Positions 1 to 10,056 of a DNA stretch of 32,363 nt are shown piece by piece. Location of the stretch: the IMG/VR virus record IMGVR_UViG_3300040786_000066; one strand, written 5' to 3'. A model generated the notes under the pieces. It was given only the letters and a program-made list of their open reading frames with translations, was not told where the DNA came from and made no database searches. A program made the position numbers and the translations under genes. Numbering within the stretch: position 1 is the stretch's first letter; each line of letters begins with the position of its first letter. The stretch comes from a virus.

Positions 1-1
1 A

Positions 2-388
2 GTTACAGGTGCAAACAAACTTAGAAAGAGGTACCCCGACAAGTTTTTGGTTAAGTTTGTCTCAACCAAAAGAATGACAATTAACGGAAAAATTAAAGTT
101 ATTGATAAAGATATCTCAGACTTCTCAGTAGACAGAACTAAAAAAGAGATTGGCGAGATTAAAATTGATTGGACTATGACAAACAACCTTCTAATAGAAG
201 AGACCCTCGACGAATTGATCAAGGGCATGGAAATCGACAAATCCACGTTTTACAAATCTTACAAAGCACTTCCTTTAGCCATATACATCGAAATCGAGAG
301 GCTATCAGTTTCAAAATCTGCATTGTACAAAAGTTTATGTGCCAAAGCACGTATCGTTGCCGAAAGCTTTCATAGAAGCATCAAATAA
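2..388 (+). CDS. Hypothetical phage protein, 5'-truncated by the window edge
   Basis: The frame of ORF 47..388 is open back to position 2 (VTGANKLRKRYPDKFLVKFVSTKR...) and ends at TAA 386-388. No recognisable motif. Confidence 0.6.
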   Translation, partial: VTGANKLRKRYPDKFLVKFVSTKRMTINGKIKVIDKDISDFSVDRTKKEIGEIKIDWTMTNNLLIEETLDELIKGMEIDKSTFYKSYKALPLAIYIEIERLSVSKSALYKSLCAKARIVAESFHRSIK

Positions 389-489
389 ATCAAATATTGT
401 TATTTTTATAGCTTTATTATTCGTAATATAGCCGTTCCAAAGATTACCCACACGAGCTGTAGGTAAACATTTAACCTAAAAAATTCCAT

Positions 490-810
490 ATGGACAAAAG
501 TTATGAAGTAACACCGGAAGATTGCAACGAAGCAATCACCCAAGAAATATATATTCAAGCTGGGTTCAAGACATCACTATGTGTGCTGCTCTTGAACACT
601 GGTTTTGAAGCAGTAGGTCGTTATGCACCCATAGACATTCAAGATATTAATATATCTATAGGAAAAGAAAAATCTAGGGCTGCAGCAATGGTTGAAGTTG
701 TAAAGCATCTTGAAAGCGTAAGCCAGTGGAAAAAAGCTGTAGACGATTTGAGAGAGCAAGAAAAAAAGAGGAGAAATCCTAAGCAGTATTACTGCAGAAC
801 CAAAACGTAA
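490..810 (+). CDS. Phage Gp49/Gp66-family protein (N4 gp49 / Sf6 gp66-like)
   Basis: TSLCVLLLNTGFEAVGRYAPIDIQDINISIGKEKSRAAA resembles the family pattern T.CVL.L.NGF...G.SA......F...IG...AR..A. ATG follows an A-rich leader. The C-terminus is uncertain because of a possible indel in the A run near 760. Confidence 0.7.
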   Translation: MDKSYEVTPEDCNEAITQEIYIQAGFKTSLCVLLLNTGFEAVGRYAPIDIQDINISIGKEKSRAAAMVEVVKHLESVSQWKKAVDDLREQEKKRRNPKQYYCRTKT

Positions 811-815
811 AATAT

Positions 816-1068
816 ATGATAACTGAAAATCAATATTTACGTTAGAAATTCGAATGGATTAATAAAGTGCGTGTTGGTACAGTTCCCACATTATATTACA
901 CCAAAGGAGAAGCTCTCCGTCAAAGCATGAAGGAGCTACGCTAAGAAAAATAGGTGCCAAGCAATACTATGTGGATTCAAAACACAAAAAAATAGTAAAG
1001 AACCCTCTTCAAAAGGGAACCCAGAGTATTGGAACTTAAATGGACAAGCCTTTACAGCACTAACATGA
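816..1068 (+). CDS. Small hypothetical protein (frameshifted, absent from ORF track)
   Basis: Reconstructed across several indels: MITE/INIYVRNSNGLIKCVLVQFPHYITPK...KIGAKQYYVDSKHKK...PEYWNLNGQAFTALT*. The TGA at 1066-1068 overlaps the next ATG (ATGA). Confidence 0.4.
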
Positions 1069-1394
1069 CCTGGAAACAGCGATCAACCATAGTTAACTTC
1101 TACCATAAGTACTTTGCTACCTATGTCAACAAGCAGCTTAAAGAACCATTTCCTACATTCATGGCCTACACCTTGAACATGGACGTGATTATTTACGATG
1201 TTTACTCAACGTTTACGCCCGATATTACCAACATGTGGATTCTCTCAAAAATGATTGAAGATACTGTGGTTAAATGCAAGATACTGAGAGATGACAGCCC
1301 GGAGTTTAGAAGACATACTGGTATAGGTTACAGGTTTGTCGAGGAGGAAAAAGATCGAAAAATTATAGTGAATTTTAACTACATTAAACATTAA
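1065..1394 (+). CDS. Hypothetical protein (~109 aa)
   Basis: ORF 1029..1394. ATG 1065 (MTWKQRSTIV...) is preferred over TTG 1029 because of the ATGA overlap with the upstream gene. Confidence 0.6.
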   Translation: MTWKQRSTIVNFYHKYFATYVNKQLKEPFPTFMAYTLNMDVIIYDVYSTFTPDITNMWILSKMIEDTVVKCKILRDDSPEFRRHTGIGYRFVEEEKDRKIIVNFNYIKH

Positions 1395-1398
1395 GAAA

Positions 1399-1943
1399 AT
1401 GGCAAAAGTTACAGCAGCACAAAAGCAGCCGCAGAGGCTCAAGCAGCAGAATTAAAAGCAACAGCAGTTCTAGAAGCAAATGAAGCAGCTCAAGCAGCCG
1501 CAGAGGCTCAAGCAGCAACACAAGACGCTTTAGAGATGGAAGTATTCGAAGATGCTCCAGTAGCAGATCTTGACACTCCTGTAGCAGGAGAAGAAATTGA
1601 AAATGGAGCTGAAGTTCCTCAAAACGAAGGACCTGATGAGACAGGAAACGAGCTACAACCAGGAGATGAGATCACTGATCCAGACCCAGTAGAAATTCCT
1701 GAGGAAGAAATGCAAGTAGGTGATATTCAAGATGAGTCTCAAGATGAATCTCAAGATGAGGCTATGCCAGAAGATCCAGGAGCTGAGTTATCAGGAAAGT
1801 ATGATTTCTCTGCTAAGCGTCTTGAAGAGTATCTTCTTTCTGCAAAACCGCAGGATAAAATAATTCAAGAATCTCAAGGAGGTAATTTTATATCCAATAT
1901 GGATCATACAATTTACGTTCCAATCTCTTTATTCATTAAATAG
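1399..1943 (+). CDS. Acidic low-complexity protein with Ala-rich N-terminus
   Basis: ATG 1399 gives MAKVTAAQK. Adding one A in the run at 1421-1424 joins AAAEAQAAELKATAVLEANEAAQAAAEAQAATQDALE to ORF 1536..1943, which has an E/D/P-rich middle and a short folded-looking C-terminus. Confidence 0.7.
1423..1517 (+). repeat. 26-bp exact direct repeat, two copies, coding
   Basis: aagcagccgcagaggctcaagcagca at 1423-1448 and 1492-1517, encoding AAAEAQAA. Confidence 0.85.
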
Positions 1944-1949
1944 TATAAT

Positions 1950-2734
1950 ATGTCGGAACTAGATAAGAGGGTAAAACTCCTGTTCGCGATCCGAAACATG
2001 TAATAAAGCCTTGTTTTATAACGTACAGATTGTCTTGCGTAGGCGAGGAGGAGGATCCAATAGATTTGGAAATTAGCCCTTTGCCATTTTAATTGCGGCA
2101 TCCGTAATTAGCGAGAATGAGCGTACGACTATAGAACAAGGTTTATCAACAGCCATGATAAACGTTATGGATAGCATAGAGGCCCAGTACACAATTTTAG
2201 GATTCAAACAAAATGAAAAGCAGCAATTAAAGAGACTTTCCTAACCCGTGAAGGGTTTATGGAAGCAGCTCTTTCAGACGAGAAGATGAAGAAGTTTGCA
2301 GTAATGTTAAACAACAACTTGTACGCGTTCAGAATAAAGAAAGCGCTGCACGATGACGGAGCTATTACTGACACAGCATTGCTTTATAACGATAACGTAT
2401 TTGAACTTCCTTTAGCAAAAACAAACCAAAAGAAAGAAATTCTAATAAGCAACTCGCTTTTAGAAATCTTCGATCGGTATTTATTATGCGAAGAACTTAT
2501 TCGTAAAGGAGACAGTATAACAGCTTTCTTAGTAGAGCATAATGATGTCTTGTACAAAGTAATAAAAGCCAATACTACAAATGACAAAAGATCTCATCAG
2601 ACGAATATCTTCAAGTCTTCAGTACAGCTTACAACGAGACTTCTGACATTATACTCGCGCATGAAATAAATATGTTAATAAACAATAACCCTGCTTTTCA
2701 GTCTATTACATTAACGGACGGAGAGTCAAATTAA
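1950..2734 (+). CDS. Hypothetical protein (~260 aa after frame repair)
   Basis: ATG 1950 MSELDKRVK...PVRDPKHVIKPCFITYRL...AAIKETFLTREGF runs into ORF 2259..2669. A probable indel near 2586-2590 gives the C-terminus ISSDEYLQVFSTAYNETSDIILAHEINMLINNNPAFQSITLTDGESN* ending at 2734. Confidence 0.55.
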
Positions 2735-3290
<556 letters not shown>

Positions 3291-3322
3291 ATTAGCGTCT
3301 ATATAACACTAAATTTACACTC

Positions 3323-3546
3323 ATGAGCAATTTTAAAGTCAGCGACGCAGACAAGGAGAAATTAGGGTCGTTGGCCTAGTCATCAAAGAACAGACAGAGA
3401 TTTTTCTGTTAGATAATGATGCCTTCATTAACAAAGGAAATAAACAAGCAGCTAAACGAGCTAGGGTAGCAAGCCTAAAAGCCGGAAAAGCAGCCAAACA
3501 ATACAGAGCGGAATCGATGAGAGTACTCACGCCGCCAACAGCTTAA
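3323..3546 (+). CDS. Histone H1-like Hc1-family small basic protein (frameshifted, absent from ORF track)
   Basis: MSNFKVSDADKEKLGSL, an indel near 3373-3376, then LVIKEQTEIFLLDNDAFINKGNKQAAKRARVASLKAGKAAKQYRAESMRVLTPPTA*. This matches the Bacteroidota Hc1-like motif KGNK.A..RAR..SL...K..K.(F/Y)R..S. Confidence 0.8.
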
Positions 3547-3575
3547 GGATTTTGACATTATTCTTATTTATAGGT

Positions 3576-3604
3576 AAAACCCCTTCATTTAATTATGAAG
3601 GGGT
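3576..3604. terminator. Intrinsic terminator-like hairpin between convergent gene blocks
   Basis: Perfect 10-bp stem accccttcat (3579-3588) / atgaaggggt (3595-3604) with loop ttaatt. A short U run follows on the minus strand. It lies between stops at 3546 (+) and 3617 (-). Confidence 0.75.
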
Positions 3605-3616
3605 AAGTATGTGATT

Positions 3617-6600
3617 CTATTCCTCTACAATCATATTTTTAACCAGAGCAACAGTTCTGAAAGGACCGTAACCAGTAGTAGCTATTTTAGCCGTAGCATC
3701 GTACAAATCATTTAAAGTTACGTCGGGTTAGTCATTACCTGCGGCGCTATAATAGCAGTCTCCACTATAGTCTTTACAAATTTAGCTCCCACAGACACAC
3801 CTATCATCATAGACCCGTTTCCTGTGGTCATATCGTAAATAGATTTCAAAACAAATACATCACTAGTAGCCATGGTCCATCTTTGATAAACCAATTTCAC
3901 CATTTCATTATCCCTAGTCTCGTCATCAAGAGCATATGCAAATATTCCCGAAGCAGCTGCTCCATCACTGAAAATACTAAGAGATCCCCATCAGCATAGA
4001 CAGATTTTTCTTTTGTTTCTCGTTAAGAGATCCATTTTTAATTACATCCATTTTATGTTCGTGAAACTGTTGAGCCATAGAGTATACTGTATAAAGAATA
4101 CCTTCAGTCTCAGAGCCTTTCCACTCATATCTATAGTCAGTCCGTCTTCGTTCATAACCTTTACCAGCCTTGAAGCAGACTCGTTCTCTTCCGCTGTCAT
4201 CGGTTTTGCAAAATACCTAGCAGTTTTAGAAAACAACCAAGTTCTCATCTTGGCAATAAAGCCCATATAAGTATAGTAAGTTGCTAACGACTTGGAAGTA
4301 TCATCCAAAGAAGAATATAATTCAACTATAATCTCCTTAATATGATTAGCATCAAAAGTAGTCCAAGCTCTTTTCATGGTTCTATCCTCGTATGGAGTAT
4401 TTGAATCCTCATTAAGCCCGTACCTCTGTTTAGCCATCTCAGCTTTAGTAGCGTCGTAGAATTTCTTTCTATCCTTAATTAACTCATCTGAAGCCCTGCA
4501 TTAGCAAAGTGAAACCGCTTGTCTTTCTTTTCGTCATACTTAAGATTCCCATCTTCGTCTATACTATGAGCATAAAAGTGCCTTGCTCCAGCATATAGGC
4601 TACCATGGTTATCTTCTGCCAAGACTCCATCATCATTTTGTTGATAAACATAAGATTCTTACTCTGGAATATATTTTTGCTCTCAGTTTGTTCATCATCT
4701 CTTTAAGCGCAGCAGTATCTGAAGTAGCTATACCGTAAGTTCGATCTATGGCTTCTATCACTGCTTTTCTTTACCATGAGTCATGGCTACAAGTTTAAAT
4801 GCTTGTGCATAACTCTTGGCGCTAAACTCTCTAGTACCTTTAAATAAAGCTCCGTAAAGTTTATCTCCTACATAATTAGCGGTAGTAACTAAAGGGTTGG
4901 TAAAAGTCTCCAGTAAACCCTGGCTAATAGTACCGGCAATTGCAGCATTAGTTACAAACTTGTTTAAAGATTTAACCATTTTATTGCTTCCATCACTCTC
5001 CTGGTGATTAATTACCCTACGTTGTATAAGGCTTACAGAATCAATAACCCCATTAAGTTCAGACATACTTAAAGTCTCATGTCTTTTAATAGTATAGTAT
5101 AACGATCTTCCAAATTCGGATACATCTTTATAATGGTACGTATCAAGAGCAGCCAATACAAAAGCATCCATGGCATTCTCTATGTTATCCTCTATTCTGC
5201 TTATAGGGTTTTCACCAGCTCTACTAGAATCCTCTCCAATATCGTTTATAGAAAGAATAGCTCTTCTACCAAAGTAAATTGATCATCAGCAGTATCACCT
5301 TCCTTAGGCAGTTGCCCTGCAAACACAGACTCTGTACTAAACTCATCATCAATAGGTCTTTTGTTAGAGTCATCCTTCATAGCCCTGTTCATATTGACTT
5401 TCTTAACAGATTCTCTTGCTGCAGTCAAAGGATCCGTCTCCACAGAAGCACTGGCTTTTGACTTACCCACTAAAGGCATCCAGCCATAAGGTATTACGAC
5501 CTCGTGGTAAACTGACATATTAGCAAATTTCTGTGCTGTATTCTTAATAAACATCAAGTAATCTTTTTCAGCCTGTGAGCTTACTTGAGAAGGATCTTTT
5601 AATATAAAAGCATTAGCCCTAGTTTGATTATCAGTAGTATATAAATCTTTATAAACTTCCTTCATACTAGACTTATACATCGCCGGCCCTAACTGAGCTA
5701 TACTAATACCTTTAGCCTTAGCTAGCGCATCAATAAGGCGGTTATGCTCATTCTTATACACCATGAAATCTGTTCTAATGTCCACAGCACTTCCCTGAAT
5801 CTTTCTGTTAAAGAGGCTCCGTATTTGTTACCCATTCTAGAGGTAGCAAATATAAAGTTACTCACAAAGAAGCGTCTTTTGGGTTAATAGTATGGTTGAA
5901 CCCCATCAGGTGCATAATCACGTGATCAGTTAATGTCCATAAATCATTATTATACTTGGCTTCAGCATCCTTAAGCTTGTTGCTCATGGAGTTCCTGAAA
6001 TCATGCAGTGCATCAATAAGCTTATGGTTATCCTGATTAGGATCATAAGTCTCTAGAATCTTTTCAGCTCCTTTTATTCTTCTTAGCCTTGTCGTTTGTG
6101 AACATGTCCTCAAGTCTCAAATAATCTCCAGAAGTCATGGCTAAAAGTTAGTTAAAGCTTCGATAGGATTCTTAACATAAGTCTTGGATTCAAAAGCTCA
6201 GGTCGTTTAAGCATATTCAAAACAGCCCTGGCACGTCTTCTCCGGACTTCTTCATAGATTCTATCATCTGCTTAGTCATAAGCAATATAGTAGCTACATC
6301 GTGAAGATTAGGTACATAACTAAATTTATCTAAGCCAGGATTTGATATCACCGTGCTTACACTAAAAGAAGGGTCTATGATTTTTGTTGAATCATCACTA
6401 GCCCGGCTTTTATTAAACGCATATTGTGGGTGCCATTCTTCCATTCTACAGTAGGCATAGCTATTCTAGCCCCATTGTTTGTTAAGTACTTTCCATGAAT
6501 ATTGTTACGCTCATTTGCTCCAAAATCAATGCCTGGATTATCATCGTGATTAATTACAATCAAACGAGTTTCTCCTGTTATTTTGTTGGTTAACATTTGT

Positions 6601-9600
6601 ATGTTACTAAACTCTGTACCGTAATTAGCGTCTGAAGCTAGCCTTGTAAGATCATGAGAGGCTGAGTCAGCTCCTCTAATAAGAGCTCTAAGACCTGCTT
6701 CTTTATCATTACTTTTCAATGCTCCAGCATGTCTTTTAGCATACCTATCTTGACCATTAAATAAAGTATCAAGTGTGCTACCAACAGATCTTATGTATTC
6801 TTTTTTGTTGAGGATTTCTACAATTGCAGCAATGTGCTCTTCCTCTGTTTTTAAATCACCGTCCAAAGTTCTCATTACATTTGCAGGCAATTTAACTTCT
6901 AATCCTACTGATTTTTCGCCTTGTTTTTTACCTGCTCTTTTAGCTAAATTATACATTAAAAGCATTCTTAGGGTTTTCACCTTTTATAGCCAGCTTTTGC
7001 AAAGCTCTTTCATATATTTTCTTAGCTTTAGCTTCTACATTATTTACTGCATCAATGTCTTTTCCTCCAGAGGCTTGAAACATAAATTGTTTAATATCCT
7101 GAGATGCAGAAGTATCCATAGTAATAGCAGGTGTTCTACCTTGAGCTATAAAATGCTGCAAGAGTTCTGCTGAAACATCGATTAACCCCTCTTTTGTAAT
7201 GTTTTTAGGTTTGTACCTTAGCCTGTCCATGTGAGCAAGTTCTTCAACACTGTAATTTCCCATACTATTCTCTACATAGAAAACAGCAGTCTGCCCTGTT
7301 TGAATTCCCAGCTCCATCAACATCAATTTGTAAATAGATGTCTGTATACTAGCCTTCATCATAGCATTCTCTTTGTAAGGGCTCATAACTCCTTTCATGT
7401 TGGTACCGCCTTTCCAATCCCAAAACATTCTTTTACCTATCTCTTTTGTTTTGTAATCAAAGATATGAGCACGGCCTTCCCCATCAATTACAACTAAATC
7501 GATAGTTCCCGCAATACCTAAAGTAGCGCTAGATAGTTTAACCTCTGGCATTATAGTAATAGGACCTCTCAACTTGTTCATAGCAGGAACTACATCATCT
7601 ATAAGAAGACGAACAAAATCCATGGCCGGTTGTGAGCTGATTGCTCTGTCCATCATAGCTTTCCTTAAGAAATCGACGTTTTCTTTAAAGAAATATATTC
7701 CGGAGTGTTCTCCTGCCCTTTAAGATAATCCCAGAAAACTCCTGGAAGTACTTATCAAATCCTACAGTATCTGGAGAACCAATACCATTTCTAATATGAT
7801 CAGCAAAATACAAAAGGCTCTTACTTTTTTTACCGTCCTTATACTCAATCGTGTTAGCATAATTAAGGGCCCTGAAAAGTCTCTGCTATACCGTGAAGGT
7901 ATGTACCTTCCTGAGTTTTAAATTCAAACTTGTTTGCCACTAGCTTGTATGCAAATTTATACTCAGCTGTCTTATCATTTTCAAGGAATTTCTTTGTAGC
8001 CTCAAAAGCCTCATTAGAAAGATCTTTACCCTCCTCTTTACCTTCTTTTTTAGCTTTGGCTATATAATCTTTATAAAACTCAGAGTACATGCTATTTAGA
8101 ATAAATGCCTCTGAATCCGCTTTACCGCTAAACTGCTCTTGAAGATAGTGAGTAACCCTGTCAAGCTTAACGTCGTTCTTTTATAGTAGAAGTATCCCCT
8201 TCTGTTACCAGTTCAAGCCCTCCGGTTGCCTTTTCTATCATAGCCTTTGTATCCATAGGTGTATGGATCATAGAAAACTTGACTGATGCAAAATTCTTAT
8301 TAGCGTCCAAGTATTTTCGGCTTTAACTAAGAAAGCATTATTCATTTTATATTCTCTACAGTATCCCACGGGTATAACTTGTAGACTGCTGAAGAGTCTT
8401 GCTCTCCATCAGCATTCATTTTATTTCCTAACTCGTCCATAAGAATGATGTTTCCATCTCCTACGCCGCGAACCATGCCTTTTCTAACAAGGCCTTGAAA
8501 AATATCTCTACCAGAAGCTCTAGGAATAAAAAACTCTTTGAAACTACTTATATGCTGCTCATCAAATACTGCAAGAGGTGTAGGGTTCATCTCTGTAGAA
8601 TACTTCATACCAATATTAAAGATGTCAGCCACAGTAGAGTTTACAGTGAACCCAGTAGATAACCAGTCCAGTGTCCTGTTCTTTGTTAGCTTCTTCAAAA
8701 GTCTTCTGTAAAATCGTCAACAGACCTGGCAATGGCCAAATTATCCTGAGGATCGATTCCCTGTAAAAGCTTCTCTAAATTTTTGGCGGCGGCGAGTCCT
8801 AGTTGATCCACAAAGACTTCCTCTACTACGTCAGTTTCTGAATGCTTTAAGCCTGTGGTATTGTACATAGCGCTGTACCAAGGAATATCACTCTGGTATG
8901 TATTCTGTACATTCTCCATAAGAGCAGCATGTGCTCCTGGATTATACTCAGAAAGCCACCTAGCATAATAATGTCCAAATTCATGAAACACTGTAGTAGA
9001 ATCAAACCTGTCGTGGTTAAGAACTATAGTCCCGTCAATTATAAACCCTTTTTTATTTTCAAAACTAGGCCCATATATCATCTTAATCTCCTGAGGACTA
9101 AGTATCTTAGCTTTAAGATTAGGCATCATATCTTGAAATATACTTACTACACGATGAGCCACTACAAGTCTTGAAGTAAGACTGGGAGCTTTGTGCATAT
9201 CAAAGTCTTTCTATCGTCTTCTGACACCATGTTGTTTAAGAACAAATTAGTGTCATCAATTGATGTAGCAGGTATATTGCTTTTTTTTTTAGTAGCCTTA
9301 AAAGCCATGTTATTCAAAACCCGTTTACAGAATTTATCTTAAGTATGTTTTCACCTGTTCTAAAAGTAGATGCAAAACAACTTTCTTTCCGGATCCTTTA
9401 AGATGTTTGTTGTAACGTTTTATAGCACTTGCAACAACACCACTATCAAAAGAATCGTCTATTGCAATATCATATCCTCTATACATAGCTGATATCAAAA
9501 GAAATTCCATTCCTTCTTTGAATAAATCGTTCTTAGTCATGGCTGAGTCCTCTTCAGATTCTCCGCTAAATTCTCTCTCTACAGCCCCCTGAGCCATGTC

Positions 9601-10045
9601 TTTACTAGTAAACTTCAGAAAAGACCGGTCGTCTGATTTAACCAGCTTTTCCGCTTTGTTTTTTTCCACTATAATCTGGGTAGTGTTACCTGGATTAGGG
9701 CTCAGTATACCTGTCTTAGTTTTGCCAAAATAATTATCGGCTATATCTTTGTATAAATTAGCTCCACTAGCTATAAGCTGGTCCATTGATTCTACATCTT
9801 CCATCGCACCAAGAGCTCTAAGGCCTTCAGTAGTAGTTGGTTTGCTGTTTGTAAATATGTAACTAGCTGCTTTGGAAAAGGTGCTTGAATTTTCAAGCTC
9901 ACTTACCGTCGGTAAAACGTTTTTTAGACAAATCTCTAGGATGTACTACGGCAGTTGAATTTGAGGCGATAGTTTTCGCCCCAAATTGCTCTACTGTTGC
10001 CGGATATTTTCCCTCATTTATGTCTAAGGCTATGGCACACTTCAT
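3617..10045 (-). CDS. Giant virion cargo protein A (~2140 aa): zincin metalloprotease domain, PD-(D/E)xK nuclease domain, helical/hydrophobic C-terminal region
   Basis: Starts MKCAIALDINEGK at 10045 after an AT-rich spacer. Minus-strand ORFs tile continuously with frame switches. Motifs are HEFGH (8971-8985) and GTYLH...E...IDL...DYKT...QTSIY (7330-7910). Ends ...VKNMIVEE*(TAG) at 3617. Confidence 0.8.
7280..7920 (-). other. RecB/AddB-like PD-(D/E)xK nuclease domain
   Basis: EGTYLHGIAE; MPEVKL; GIAGTIDLVVIDGEGRAHIFDYKT; QTSIYKLML (QxxxY). Confidence 0.88.
8790..9120 (-). other. Zincin-like metallopeptidase domain
   Basis: KGFIIDGTIVLN....STTVFHEFGHYYARWL, with a downstream VEEVFVDQLG glutamate as candidate third ligand. 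Confidence 0.85.
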
Positions 10046-10056
10046 ATTATTATTTT

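Noticed and set aside
389-489. Promoter in the AT-rich intergenic region
   Set aside because: The location is plausible, but there is no clean TAnnTTTG (-7) element or correctly spaced -35/-10 pair.
1423-1517. Direct repeats as a CRISPR array or att site
   Set aside because: Only two copies, in frame within an Ala-rich coding region.
7280-7920. Cas4 assignment for the nuclease domain
   Set aside because: It lacks the Fe-S cluster cysteines, there are no cas genes or array, and it is embedded in a giant protein.
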